Source: the human T2T-CHM13v2.0 reference genome, Homo sapiens
Strand: one strand, 5' to 3'
Assembly: GCF_009914755.1 (NCBI RefSeq)
Contig: NC_060938.1
Length of the DNA stretch: 64,000 nucleotides
Part shown: positions 1 through 13,958 of the stretch, in pieces
How the letters are laid out: the number at the start of each line of letters is the position of its first letter
Numbering within the stretch: position 1 is the stretch's first letter
Made by a program: the position numbers and the translations under genes
Notes under the pieces: generated by a model
Seen by the model: only the letters and a program-made list of their open reading frames with translations
Databases searched by the model: none
Told to the model about the DNA's origin: nothing

Positions 1-29
1 CTTTTACCTTGTGGAGTTTGCATCTGAAG

Positions 30-91
30 TTGTGGTAGACATATAAGAGAGACCAATCTCTTGTGGTAGACATATAAGAGAGACCAATCTC
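30..91 (+). repeat. Perfect 31-bp tandem duplication (ttgtggtagacatataagagagaccaatctc x2)
   Basis: Identical copies at 30-60 and 61-91. Confidence 0.95.
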
Positions 92-669
92 TGGTGCATA
101 TGAATGTCTCTGTTTCTCTCTATATTTGTTTGTTTCTTTATCTATAAACACTCTATTTATAAAGGAGTTGTTTTATAAAGAATAAAATAATTATCTTCTA
201 AAAATATTTTTAAGAAAATTTTCAGGCTAGTGGACAGCTGATATGGAATAGTATGGGATTAAGGATAGTAAGAATCAGCCAACTATAGGAAATTTGAGAA
301 TGGCTTTTCAGGCATGAAAAGCATAACTATATGATATAGTATAGTATATGAATCCAAAAATTAGTATTTAAATATAGTTTTTATTTATTGAGAGAGGCCA
401 GGACATTAGCTGTTCAGGTTGAAGAGATAAACACATTGAGAAAGTCAGACCATCATTGACTTTCTGAATTATTTAAGAGGTTGAACTTTATCCATTATGG
501 AAGAGGACTTTAGAAGGATTTTAATCAGGATAATTAGGTGAGCAGGGCTGTACTTTAGAAAAAGGCAAATATCCTTTGCAAAGCTTCTGTCTATATGAAC
601 AATTTGATTGAACAGAATTTCTGGTAAGACATAGTTATTTAAAATAAAGGAGCGAAAATAGATACTTAT

Positions 670-946
670 GATTGTGAGGGGAGGCCTCATAATCATGGTG
701 GAAGGCAAGGAGGAGCAAGTCACATCTTACATGGATGGCAGCAGGCAAAGAGACAGCTTGTTCAGGGAAACTCCCCTTTTAAAAACCATCAGATCTCATG
801 AGACTTATTCACGATCACAAGAACAGCACAGGAAAGTCCCAACCCCATGACTCAATTATTTCCCACCAGGTCCCTTCCACAACACATGTGAATTATGGGA
901 GCTACATGATGAGATTTGGGTGGGGACACAGAGACAAACCATATCA
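670..946 (-). mobile_element. THE1-type MaLR LTR fragment (truncated)
   Basis: ggggaggcctcataatcatggtggaaggcaaggaggagcaagtcacatcttacatggatggcagcaggc...aaaccatatca matches the reverse complement of THE1 LTR consensus; the left part is missing. Confidence 0.85.
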
Positions 947-3669
947 AACACCATGGTTTTGGGGACACGTTTAACTGAACAATACAGGTCTTCTCATCAC
1001 TGCAGTTCTCTAACACCATCGATTTAATGCAGGTTATATCATGAGTCATGGCACTACATCATTTATCACAAATGCTGGCTTCCAATGACTGTTCCAACGT
1101 TGTTATTCTGCTTAGTTGATTGGATCTACAAATGCAAGTCTTGCAAGGACAATGCAGCAAAATATGAATGATGATTTTTTCTGGTCATGTTAAATCCTCT
1201 GTCCATCATTTTATGGTGTAAACATAAAACTATGTCTTCCTTGAATTCTTTAGGTTCTTATCAGTGAATTCTTAGACTATGATCTCTTTCAAAGTTGCTG
1301 AAAGTTGCTTTTCACATACTGCTCCTAGTGGGGAAGATAGGAAAGGGGCCTGTGGCCAGAGTGAGAATGGTATCATTTATGTAGCATTGCTTATAACTGA
1401 CCTGAGGGAGCAGAGAGCAGGAAGGTGGACATAGGGCAAATGACACTTGATACCACTCCTGATACCTTCATGTTCTGTAGACTGGAGGTGGCACCAGCAT
1501 GGGAAGGATGACAGGAAGGAGCTGATTCACAGGCCTACACAGAGTTAAGCTAAGGGTCATTTGTAGGCTGATGATATCCTCTAAGCTCTGGTACCCTGAA
1601 TTCATCCTGTGACCAAAATGCATGAGAATCACTAAAATCAGTTTATCAACACCATTCTGGTAGCCTCATTTCACATGATCCCATGAAACAAATACCTTAC
1701 ATCCTAGTGGGAACAATCTGCTTTGGAATTTGAGCCCCAGAATGACTCCAAAGTCATGAGTCCCTAAACTCTTTGGGGGTAACTGGTTGACCCCACATGT
1801 ATTAGTCTGTTTTCACACTGGTATAAACACATACCTGAGACTGGGTGATCTATAAAGGAAAGAGTTTTAATTGACTCATTGTTCTGCATGGCTGGGGAGG
1901 CCTCAGAAACTTACAATCATAGCAGTAGGGGAAGAGGCATGTCTTACATGGTGACAGGCAAGAGAGTCAGTGAGGAGCAAAGGGAGATGAGCCCCTTATA
2001 AAACCATCAGATCTTGTGAGAACTCAGTCTAACGTGAGAACAGCATGGAAGAAAATGTTCCTATGATCCAGCCACCTCCCACCACTAGAGAGACCACTAG
2101 AGGTCTATAGCCACATGAGGATTATGGAGATTATAATTCAAGTAGAGATTTGGGTGGGAACACAAAGCCTAACCATATCATTCTGCCTGTGGCCTCTCCC
2201 AAATCTCATGTCCACACATTTCAAAACCAATCATGCCTTTTCAATAGTCCCTCATTCTTAACTTGTTGTAGCATAATTTCAAAAGTCCAAGTCCAAACTC
2301 TCATCTGAGACAAGGCAAGTCCCTTCTGCCCAGGAGCCTGTAAAATCAAAAGCAAGTTAGTTACTTGCAAGATACAATAAGGGTACAGGAATTGGATGAA
2401 TGGTCCCATTCCAAAAGGGAGAAATTGGCCAAAACAAAGTGGTTACAGGCCCAAGGCAAGTCCAAAATCCAGGAGTGCAGTCATTACATTTTGAAGGTCA
2501 GAAATGATTTCTTTTTACTCCATATCTAACATTCTGAGGCACACTGATGCAAGAGGTAGGGTCCCATGGTCTTCGGCAGCTACACCCCTGAGGCTTTGCA
2601 GGGTGCAGCCCCCCTCCTGGCTGCTTTCACAGCCTGGCATTGAGTGTCTGTGGCTTTTCCAGGTGCACAGTGGAAGATGTCGGTGGATCTACCATTCTGG
2701 AGTCTGGAGGACAGTGGTCCTCTTTTTACAGCTCCACTAGGCAGTGCCCCAGTGAGGGCTCTGTGTGGGGAACTGACCCCACATTTTTCTTTCACACTGC
2801 TCTAGCAGAGGTTCTCCATGAGGGCTCCACCCCTGCCACAGACTTCTGCCTGGACATCCAGGTGTTTCCATACATCCTTTGAAATCTAGGCAGAGGTTTC
2901 CAAATCTCAATTTTTTACTTCTGGGCCCTCTCAGGCCCAACACCATGTGGAAGCTGTCAAGGCTTTGGGCTTGCACCCTCTGAAGCCATGGCCCAAGCTG
3001 TAATTGACCCCTTTTAGCCACAGCTGGAGCTGAAGCAGCTGGGGCACAGGTTTCCATGTCCTGAGGCTTCACAGAGCAGGAAGACCTTGGACCCAGCCTA
3101 TGAAATTATTTTTTCTCCTAGGCCTCTAGGCCTTAAGAGGGGCTCCTGGGAAGGTCTCTGGCATGTCCTGGAGACATTTTACCCATTGTCTTGGTGATTA
3201 ACATTGGGTCCTTGTTACTTATGCAAAATTCTGCAGCTGACTTCAATTTCTCCCCAGGAAATGGGTTTTTCTTTTCTAGCACATCGTTAGGCTGCAAATT
3301 TCCAAAATTCCATAGCAGAACTTTAATGTTCTGCTTCCCTTTTAAACACAAGTTCCAATTTCAGATTATCTGTATCAAGTTGAAAGTTGCACAGCAGGGA
3401 CAAAATGCCACCAGTCCCTTTGCTAAAGCATATCAAGACTGACCTTTGCTCCAGTTCCCAGTAAGTTCCTCATCTCCATCTAAGACCACCTCAGCCTGGA
3501 CTTCATTGTCCGTATCACCATCAGCATTTTGGTCAAAACCATTTGACAAATCTCTAGGAAGTTTCAAACTTTCCCACATCTTCCTTTCTTCTTCTGAGCC
3601 CTCTAAACTGTTCCAACCACTGCGTGTTACCCAATTTCAAATTCACTTCCACATTTTTGAGTATCTTTA

Positions 3670-4236
<567 letters not shown>

Positions 4237-4276
4237 TCAGATCTCATGAAAACAGCATGGGGGAAACCATCCCCAT

Positions 4277-4733
4277 TGTGAGAAAACATTTTAAATGGTC
4301 CATTTTCAAGGCATGATACATCTAAGTACTGGTGGCCAGACTGCGAATGTAACAAACCACAGAGCTCATGCACCTAGAAGGTCACAATAAGCAAACAGAA
4401 TGTAGAGGAGGGGTCAGCCCATAAAAGGGAAACAAGTTTTGTTATTGCAAAATTGAAACTTAATCAGGAAAGGGGACTCAGGAACAACCTTATAAGTGAG
4501 ATAATGAAACTTAGGTGATATCCAGGAAGATTGTAACCCCATAGTACTCAACCAGTGAGGAACTGGGGGAGGGACTTGTGTGCTAGGAAATAAATTACCT
4601 GTTATGACTGCCCTGTGTGTGCCTGCCCCCGGCCCCGATCTTGCAAGATGGTTATTAAAAAGTCTCACTTTTGCTGTTCTTAGTGCCTCTAAGTCCATTC
4701 TCTGGGTTTGGATGGGCGAGTGTGTTTCTCACA
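4277..4733 (+). mobile_element. Solo ERVL LTR, LTR47-like
   Basis: Inverted termini tgtgagaaa...tttctcaca, perfect 5-bp TSD cccat (4272-4276, 4734-4738), attaaa poly(A) signal; family name from recalled consensus. Confidence 0.8.
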
Positions 4734-5369
4734 CCCATGATCCAATCACCTCCCATCAGGTCTCTTCCTAGACATGTGGGTATTATGGGGATTACAATTC
4801 AGATTTGATTTGGGTGGGGACACAAAGCCTAACCATATCACCATGTTGTGAGGGATGTGGGATGAGGAGCAGGGTACGTTTAGGGTTGAAGAGGAAAACT
4901 GACTGATGCTTAGGTGGGCAATAGTCTAGTCTCTAGGCACTGTGCTGGATGGGATTACTGACCCGGTCAATCCCAGCCACCAGAGGAGGATCTAAACATT
5001 TTAACAAAAGCCTCTAAAGCATGGGGCCCCTAAGGCATAAGACCCATGGTAGGGGCCACACTTTCACATTCTAAGGGTGATACGGACCACTTGAATTAAT
5101 TAGACAAGTGATAATGTGATGACATTATGTTAGGACAACATAACGTATATTAAAAAGGTACAATTTATATTTTTAATTTGAAATGACAGAGTGAGGGAAG
5201 TCTGAGTAGTTTTTGGTTTATGTCTTAGGTAGATCTGTGTCTGAGGAGGGATTTATTTGGATAAAAGCAAAATTTGGGTGGGACAGACAATAAATTAATA
5301 TACTATCAGATAATTGTGTGATTTCACCTTTATCAAATCACTTATTATTAAACCTGTGTGTAAACTAGT

Positions 5370-5505
5370 CACCCAGGGATTGTGCTGAATTGCAGATTCT
5401 AATTTAGTAGGTGTGTTGTGGATCCCAAAAGTCTATATTTCTAACAAGCTTCCAGATGATACTAACTTTGCCAATTGAGGAACTATATGTTGAGTAGCAG
5501 AGAGC
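5370..5505. mobile_element. MER5-type hAT DNA transposon fragment
   Basis: gcagattctaatttagtaggt...atttctaacaagcttccagatgat...ttgagtagc resembles MER5A. Confidence 0.65.
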
Positions 5506-5729
5506 TAGACTATGGTTCTACATATTAATGGATTAAAGACCTCCTAAATCTCCTAAGAAGGGATATAATCTTATAAGAGGAATTAACTTATTGCACCCTT
5601 TCCTGGTGCTGTTTCCAGACTGTCAATTATCTTTTCCTATCTCAATTACTCACTGATAATAGAAGCAATCATCCTAAATGGCATGTATAATAATGGTTCT
5701 TCCATACATCTAAGTATTCACTATGAAGT

Positions 5730-6210
5730 TGTAGTTATCTATTACTACAAAGGATTCCATCTCAAAATTTACTGTCTTAAAACATCAATTTATTACTCTT
5801 CATGATTCAGTAGGTTGACTGGCTTGTTCTTTTGTTTCATGTAGTGTGAGATGGGGTGATGGGGTGGTGGGGAGCTACAGTCATCTGGAGACTCAACTGG
5901 CAGCTGGGCTGACATTCACGACCACGATTCTCCACTTGGCTGCTTGGGTGGCCTCATAGCATGGTGGCTAGATTTCAAGAAGGAGCAAAAGAGCAAGCAT
6001 CCTAAAGAAAATAAGGTATAAGAAAAAAGTTAATAGGCCAATCAAGGGCTAGGCCAAGAACTAGCATAGTGTTATTTCTAATATTTAGTTTTGGTTTGTT
6101 TGTTTTAAATGTCGAACAGTTACAGTGGTGGGGGGTGAAATACATAAGGTTTGAAATAGGGGCAGAATGGTTAACTGGGAAATCATCAAAGTAACAGTCT
6201 ACCGCAGATG
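5730..6210 (-). mobile_element. Old MaLR LTR (MLT1J/K-like)
   Basis: tgtagttatctattact...aaatttactgtcttaaaac...cctcatagcatggtggct typical of an antisense MLT1. Confidence 0.6.
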
Positions 6211-6266
6211 TTTAGAGAAATGAAGGCAGTTATTGAGAAGTTGATCGAGTTTACCTTTTAGTTAAT

Positions 6267-6342
6267 TGTCATTTCCTTTCTAACATGTCATTTCCTTTCT
6301 AATGATCAAATACCAGCTATTTGATCATTAGAAAATGAAATG
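6267..6342. repeat. 17-bp direct repeat followed by a 17-bp perfect inverted repeat (hairpin)
   Basis: tgtcatttcctttctaa at 6267 and 6286; tttctaatgatcaaata-ccagc-tatttgatcattagaaa at 6296-6334. Confidence 0.9.
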
Positions 6343-7289
6343 TGATTCTCCTGTTTGAAAATAGGCATAGAAAACAGCAAAAGAGGCAAATGAAAACAAA
6401 AAGAATGTAAAGTATGCAGAAGAGCACATATACATGTGTGCCCACAAAAACAAAAATAAAAACTAGAACTGTTTTTGTTCTATCCCCTTTGTGACAAAAA
6501 AAAGATGTTCTACGTATAATACCGTAACGTTAATTTGCTATAAGTCTATGGGTCTCTGAAACTCTGGTTATAGCATCTTCTTGCTTTAAATTTTCAAAGA
6601 GCCCATTCAGTTGACACTTTATATCTAGCTCTTGAGGAGCTGCAGTCTGAAATTTTATGCAGCAGTTTCTTTCACACAATCCTTAGGCCCACTGTGGTTT
6701 AGTAGAATTAAAACTTAAATAGAGTTGAAATGTAATTTCTTGAACATTTTCTAACTCAAGTAAATTCGAAAACATAAATAAAATTTCATGGAAACAATAT
6801 ATGCTGAAACAGTAGCAATATTAAGCTAAACACTTTTTTCCAAAGAAGTAAATTGCACAATTGTAATCAGTTTCAAGAAGTGTTGAGAGAAATAAAATTC
6901 CATCTAATAAATCTGTGACAAGACAAATTCATACAACTGATTTCCTCTCTTTTTTTTCAGTGTACTGAGATTCTCAGATACACATAATAGTAAAAAAAAA
7001 AAAAAAAGACTCTAAAGGAACATTTACCTAAACGGGTTTTTTTGTTTTAATGCCTGATTTATACACAGAACAAGCATAGCAGATTCCTTAAACAGCTGTA
7101 TTGGGAATAGCATAAGATACAATTTTATTTATTGTAGAACAGCTGTTTAGATTTTAATGGCTATCACATTTTATTTGTTTTTAAGTATACTCTAATAGCA
7201 GCAAAGAAGAATTCTCTGTGGTGTCTATGATAGTTAAACATGTTTATCAATGTTTTATAAATAGAGGAATATCTTTCCAATCACTTATA

Positions 7290-8570
7290 TATTTTTTAGA
7301 AACTTTAATTCAACATAATTTTTAAGTTTTAGAGGGAAATACGAAGATAGTACAAAGAGGCCTTGTATATCCTATGTCCGATTTTTCCCATTGTTTACAT
7401 TGTATACTTCTGTGGTTCATTTGTCAAAACGAAGAAATCAACTTTGGTATTTTAACTAAATTACAGAGTTAATTTCAATTTTACCAATTTTCCATTAATG
7501 TTATCTTCCTGTTGTAAGAACTAATCTAGAATGCCACATTGCATTTAGTTATCATGTTTTTCCAGTCTCCTCTGGTCAGTGAGACTTTCTCAGTCTTTTC
7601 TGTTTTTTTTAAGACCTTCAATATCTGGGGCAATACTGACCAGGTATTCTGCAGGATGTCCTCCAATCTAGTTGTTTTTAAAATGTTTTTCTGATGATTA
7701 TACTCAACTTATGGGTTTATGGGAAGAATACCACAGAGGTGAATTGCCCTTCTCATACCATATCAGGGGCTACATAATATCCACATGATATCACTGGAAT
7801 GTTAAGCTTCATCACTTGGTTAAAGTATTGCTTGCCAGGTTTTTCCACTTGTAAAGTTTTCGTTTCTCCCCTTACTTAGTCTATCCTTTGAAAGCCAGTT
7901 ACTAAGTCAAGCCCAATCTCGTGTGTGTGTGCGCGTGTGTGTGTGTGTGTACCTAAGAACTTCACTTCTGGAAAGGGCAGCTTCTACATGTATTAAAGGT
8001 AATTCTTCTGTAAGAAAGATTTATCTCTTTTCTACCATTTAATTATTTATTCAGTCCTTTATATTATATACATTTATTTTATATTGGTTATACTTTAATA
8101 CTAGGTTATTTGTTTTCTTGCTTACATTGTTCCAGCTTTGGCCATTGGTTACAGTTGGTTCCTTTGTCCTCTAACGTGTCCTCATCACTTTGTATTTTCA
8201 GAACTTCCTTACCTTCTGGTCCTACAAAATGTACCAGGTTCATGTTGCATTTTCTATGCCTCAGAGCTGGAATCAATTACTACTCCAAGGAGCTCTGGTT
8301 TCTTTTTTTTGAGAACGGTATTTAGAAACTAACATCTAGACACTGAGTGTGCTTATTGCTAGAGCGTCATTGTTTTTAGACCTTAACCACAAACAAATTA
8401 TTATGTATAAATTTAATAATCTATGTGAAAACATAATTGTTTTGATATCTAGCTATCGGTCCATATATTAAACTAAACTTTAGTTCATACTGATATCCTT
8501 GACTCTAACTTAGTGCTACAGAGGTCATTTCAACCTTCCTTTCTTGCTTGTGCATAACCTCCTTCTCTAA
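7290..8570 (-). mobile_element. Old L1M (L1MC-like) 3' region, includes (TG)n at 7921-7950
   Basis: T-rich antisense L1M 3' UTR-like sequence (gccacattgcatttagtt, gtgaattgcccttctcat, catcacttggttaaagt). Confidence 0.65.
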
Positions 8571-8899
8571 AAACAAAACATTGAACTAAATTATACTTTA
8601 GTTTTAAATGTGAATTTAAAATTTATCTCATATTTAATAGTCTTGGGATCACCTGTGAGTGACACATTTCTTACACAGAATATAAGATTCACTAACTAAT
8701 AAGACATATTTATCCCTTGAATGTATTATATCATATTCATATGTAGCTTGTTAATTTAAAATATTTTATCATTAATATAAGTACCAGCTGTGCTTGGCAT
8801 GTAAGAGAGGAATATAGCAAGAGGCTAAAAATAATTGTGAGTAAATAATCGACTTAATAAAATTGTCCTCGTGTGTACTGTGGTTATTTGAAGCTGTAG

Positions 8900-9070
8900 A
8901 TCAGTGGTATTCAACCACAGTGGCATGAAAAATCACTTGGGGAGATAAAAAATGCTGTTTCCTGGTTATCACATTGAGAGAATCTGATTTAATATGTTTG
9001 GAGTTCAGAATGGTCATAGGAATTTTAAAAGCTCTCCAGGGAATTCTGATGTGCAGCCAAGGTTGAGCCT
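8900..9070. mobile_element. MER5-type DNA transposon
   Basis: cagtggtattcaacc...aatcacttggggag...tctgatttaat...ttttaaaagctctccagggaattctgatgtgcagccaaggttgag. Confidence 0.75.
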
Positions 9071-9349
9071 AGATTCAGAACTTCTCCTGTATTTGGCTAT
9101 ATTAATGCTGATTGCAGCATCTCCATGCTGTCTTGTTTTCTAAATGGATAGATTCCAAGGTAAACAAACTGTGAAACAGTAATATGTATTTGAGTTTGGA
9201 CAATGGGGCACACCGTATTGTTATAGCAAATGCAGTCATTGCAACACCACTGTAGCAGTGGTGGACATGTAGGTACCTATGTCTGCTCCAAACCAAAAAA
9301 CACCTCTAGAAATTTAGAGATATTCCTTTATATATATACTGTGACCCAG

Positions 9350-9739
9350 TGTTATAAACAGAATTGTGTCCCTTCCATATTTATGTCTTGAAGTGCTAGC
9401 CCTTCAATGTGACTATATTTGGAGACAGAGCCTAAATATGTAAGTAAGGTTAAATGAGGTAATTAAGATGAAGTTAAGGTTAAATAAAGGTGGGTCCCTA
9501 ATGCATTTGGGCTGGTGTCTTTATAAGAAGAGGAAGAAGGATCAGGAATGTGCATGCACAGAGAAAAGGCCATGTGAGAACACAGCAAGAAGACTGCCTT
9601 ATGCAAGCCAAGGAGTAAGACCCTACAGATACCAAGACTGCTGGCACCTTGATCTTGAACTTCTAAGAAAATCAATTTCTGTTGTTTATGCCACCCAGTC
9701 TGTGATAGTCTGTTATTGCAAACTGATAGAACTAATACA
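9350..9739 (+). mobile_element. MLT1B/C-like solo LTR inserted in an old L1 fragment
   Basis: tgttata...gaattgtgtccc...actaataca with perfect 5-bp TSD cccag (9345-9349, 9740-9744). Confidence 0.85.
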
Positions 9740-11079
9740 CCCAGAAATTTCACTTCTCAGGGTATAATCAATAGATATGATGTACATATTCAAGAAGTGT
9801 TCAAAAATATTCATGGTAGCTGTAGTCTTGTAGACCCTACTGGACACATCCCAAATGTCTAACCTTAAGTGTACAATTCAATGGGTTTGATACACAGACA
9901 CAAAATCCATACTTTTTCACAATATAGATCATTTGCACCACACCTGAAAGTTCCTAAATGCACCTTCCTACTTAATGCTTTACACGCAGACTACGTCAAT
10001 TAAAATTTTTTCACAATAGATTGGTTTTGCTTGTTTTAGATCATAATATAAATAAAGTCATAAAAGCATGGAGACTAGGACTACATACTTTTTATTGCCT
10101 GAAATAAGGCTTTTAGTATCTCAATAATGCTTTTACTAAAAAAATTCAATATTTTGACAAAACAGTCTATAAATATTTAGATCCATAAATGTAACTGCAC
10201 AGAAATAAAATTTATACTTTTTTCTATAGTTACTTGTTTTCATACTTTGGGGCACATCTCCTTACCTTGATAGTGTAGGTATTTATCACGTGTTATCCTA
10301 TGAATCTCAGTCACAACTCCACTATTCACTTTGAATTAAAATAATGCATCATTCTAACTTTAATCAGTGATTTACAGCAGGAAATATAAAGCATTTGTAG
10401 TTGATGATTTATTCCATTTAATAATATTCACTCTGCGCAGGTATGGTTGATGCTTCCTGTGTTTCTAAGTGTTCATTTGGGACAAATTTGGATGTCCATA
10501 CTATCTAAACTCAGTGCATTTAAAGGTATATCTGGAAGGCATTAAGAAGTCAGTGGATTTGCTATAAAAGAATGCAGTCCTTACAAAATCAGAAGAAAAG
10601 TGGTGCACTCTTAAAGTACCCTTTTTCCCAGCACTGTTACTTTTTACAAGGCGTACTTCTAGTGCTTTAAAGTACTTACCTTTAAGTTTTGACCAGTATT
10701 CAGTTAAATAAGTAGTCATAACAATAAATAGTACATAAAAATACAAATTTAGGATGCCAGCTACTCTCTCACTATATTCTAAAATCCATGATCTATTATT
10801 TTTGCATTATTTTTAACTGAAGAAAAATAATAATTCTTACATGGTTTAATTATCATAGCCATACAAATAAATATTTTTACAGTAAATATTTGGTTTCTGT
10901 GTATACTCTGGAAATACAAATTTATACTTTTCCCTGGGTCTTGGAAATAATTTGCAAGTCTAGATATGTATTTAACACATAATAACTATCACTATGTTTA
11001 TATACAAATGTTACAGGGTGTTAACTCAACTTTACAATCAGTGATGAGACATTCTTGATGATCTTGTAATTATTCAGAT

Positions 11080-11500
11080 TATTGTCCAGCAAATATTTAC
11101 TTCCTGTGCTCCCACTTAGGCAAAATGCACCTCCTCACCCCATTGATATGATAGACGATGTGACTTTCTTTGGCCTGTGGAATGTTGGCAAGTATGATTA
11201 AGTAGAAGCTCTGAATGTGTTTGTAATATATTCACATGGCTCTTGTGCTCCAGTCATCCTCCATGAGAAGAGAATGACATCAGTGGCTGTTACCTTTTAG
11301 TCTCTGTCTCAGAAAAAACACACGTGGAGCAGACTTAAACTCAGCCCACAGCTTGAATTCAAGTCCAAACAAACTGCATCTTGATGCAGAGCTGTGTGGT
11401 TAATCCCAGCCTTGATAAGCTGAACTGTGGTCAACCTGCAGATTCATGAATGTCAGTTTTCCAGGGTAGTGGTTGTGCAGCATTTATAATAACACCATCT
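11080..11500 (+). mobile_element. Old MaLR LTR (MLT1I/J-like)
   Basis: atgtgactttctttggcctgtggaatg...ccatgagaagag...gttgtgcagcatt. Confidence 0.55.
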
Positions 11501-11694
11501 TATACCTAGTTAATAATCGGTTATCAAGTGGCAGATACAGAGGCAAACTAGGACGTGATCCTTTCCTCTCAAATGCTTAGAATCTACTTGGTTGAAAAGC
11601 TAAGTGAAAATTACAGAAAACTCTGAGGAGGAAAACAAGAATTAGTTGGATCAGGATAGAGATAGCGGGTGTCCTTGGAAAACTATATAGGTGG

Positions 11695-12240
11695 GCTATT
11701 CTAGTTATGTATGCTAGGTAAGTAAACACCCTAAAACTCAATGGGCCAAACTACAATTTGTTGTTGTTATTTATGAGGGTTAAACTAGCCTACCTGAACA
11801 GTTCTCCACCGGGTATCTTATGGGAGTAACTGGATGTCAGCCGGAGCTATCATTTGAAGGCTTCGCCTAGCTGGATATCCAAAAAGTCTATTACATAATA
11901 CTTGATGCTGACTGTTATGGGACTTCAGGTGGGCTCTCTGCTGCAGCACCTACACATTGTCTCTTTATGTGGCTTGGGCATCTCACAGCATGGTGGCTGA
12001 GTTCGGAGAGGGAGTGTCTCAAGGGCAAACATTTCAAGAGACCCAGGCTTTTTATGACCTAATCCCAGAAGTCTCAAAATGTCACTATTACCATGTTCTT
12101 GTCATCAAACAAATTACTAAAATCAGCCCAGATTGAAAGAGAGGGAACTTAGGCTGCAGTTGTTCATGTGAGAAGCAGCAAGTACCAACAGAACTAAAGA
12201 AATTGAAAGTGGCCATTTTCTAAATTTATTTACTACAGCG
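11695..12240 (-). mobile_element. Old MaLR LTR (MLT1K-like)
   Basis: atgtggcttgggcatctcacagcatggtggctga...ttttatgacctaatcccagaagtc...cagcccagattgaa. Confidence 0.65.
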
Positions 12241-12379
12241 GCTTTATTTGATTAAATTTGGATAAACAGCTTTGTCTAGAGAGTGCCCATATTATTTTTC
12301 ATCCATACTAGGACATGTTCGAGAGTAGAATAGACAATAAATATGAATACGTATCCTTAGCAAAACTGGGGTGTATTTT

Positions 12380-12850
12380 AGTGTGTTGATAACTCAGCTA
12401 CTGCGTATTCTTATTCGTGCTTTATTCTGCCTGTGATGCTTAGGCTCTGCCATTAGGGGGCACTTGAGGGATGCCCAAAGGCAGGTGGAGTGAGAACAGA
12501 CTTGCCCCTTTCTATTCCCATTGTTTTAGCAGTCTCATTAGAGGCAGTTGGTTCCAGTTTTCAGGTTTGGTTTTTCTATATTTCCGCAACCAGCTTCAAT
12601 GCACTCTCTGGGATACACTAATATCAACATGTGGCACTTCTTTTTCAGAAATATGAGGCTGAGCTCTGAGAGGTCCCTTCTATAAGCTTCTAGGTTCTAA
12701 TAATCCCAACGTCTTCCTTTTGTTCTCTGGACCCAAGAGGTATGACCTGCTCTTGTTAGTCCTACAATAGAATTCAACCAATTTCTTACATTAAATTCTC
12801 TGTCAGAAAAAAGGATGTAGTTCTGTTCTTCTATTTTCCTAATCTAATTG
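12380..12850 (+). mobile_element. Old ERVL LTR (LTR33/LTR41-like)
   Basis: ttaggctctgccattagggggcact...ggcagttggttccag...attaaattctctgt; family assignment tentative. Confidence 0.5.
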
Positions 12851-13861
12851 AAACCATTATCTGATATATTGGTTTTATTTTCCTAGCTTGAATAGGTCAT
12901 ATCAATCTAAAAGTTTTACTAAATAATCAGAACGACATTGGTCTCATGCTGAGCACTAGAGATGTTTTTAAAAAGCAAGAACCAATTTCTAGGGACATTA
13001 ATATACTTCTTAGAGTGAAGTTGGAATCACTGACATTAATTAAATGGCAAAGCTTGGATTCAAATAAGTTTTATTACTGTTGTAGTATAACTCATTTACT
13101 TATTAATAAATATTGAAAGATTTTCCCTAATAACTCTATCAACTTATTTTACGACGTGTATATGCCTGTGGCTTCTTTAATATAGAACAAACTGATTTTC
13201 AGTATAAAGCAATCACGTGTTGCTTAATACGTCTGTAAAGGTGGCACTATGCTATTGTATATATCAAATTATTTCTACTTTTCTGTTATTGTATTAACAT
13301 ACAGGAAAGGGTGTTAACATAAAATATATGTATGTGCAACCTATAAGAGATTTGAAATGCATCAGTACAAATCCTGGGAGTAGCAAACAAATACAAAGTT
13401 TGCAAATGAATTTTGGGAATGTATATTCCACATAAAAGCTTATTTATAGCTAGTTTCAGCTATTCAACTCACACATGTGATCTAAGCAATGGATGTATTC
13501 TTCTGTAAAGCTAATTATTTGTGTTTAAAGAACCATGGAAAATATAGGTGAAAATTCTAATGTTACAATTTTTTAAAAAATTAATAGTCAAATTTAGTAG
13601 GTATTCATTGAAAAACACCACTAGAAATGCAGCACCTTTTTCATTCTCTAAAATTTTTAGTAGCACACCTGCTTTACCTAGTGCAAATTCCATGAATTTT
13701 AATGGTAGAAATTTTTCCCTCTGAGATTGCATCCTGATAGCTTTTGGGTTTTGTTTTCTCTCTTCTTTTTCAACACAACTAGAAAACATTCTAAGCCAGG
13801 TGACTATATGATTCCCTTTGTCAGAGAGGACACTTAGAGTTTGTGCCATTTTTTTCCCTCC

Positions 13862-13958
13862 CCTTTGATGGAGCCAGAATAGCACTGCAAATACACAACA
13901 AAAGTGTTTTGATGCCTCTTTTACAAAAAGTACTATGCATCTTTCATATGAGATCTGC
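13862..13958 (+). repeat. Copy 1 of a dispersed ~97-bp direct repeat
   Basis: Aligns by eye to 15160-15256 with about 11 substitutions and 2 single-base gaps. Confidence 0.9.

Noticed and set aside
4930-5090. Possible small hAT DNA transposon fragment
   Set aside because: Too diverged to identify with confidence.
6941-7010. Splice-acceptor-like pyrimidine tract with CAG; also a donor-like cag/gtatgg at 10440
   Set aside because: No paired splice site or coding signal; such motifs are frequent by chance and need transcript data.
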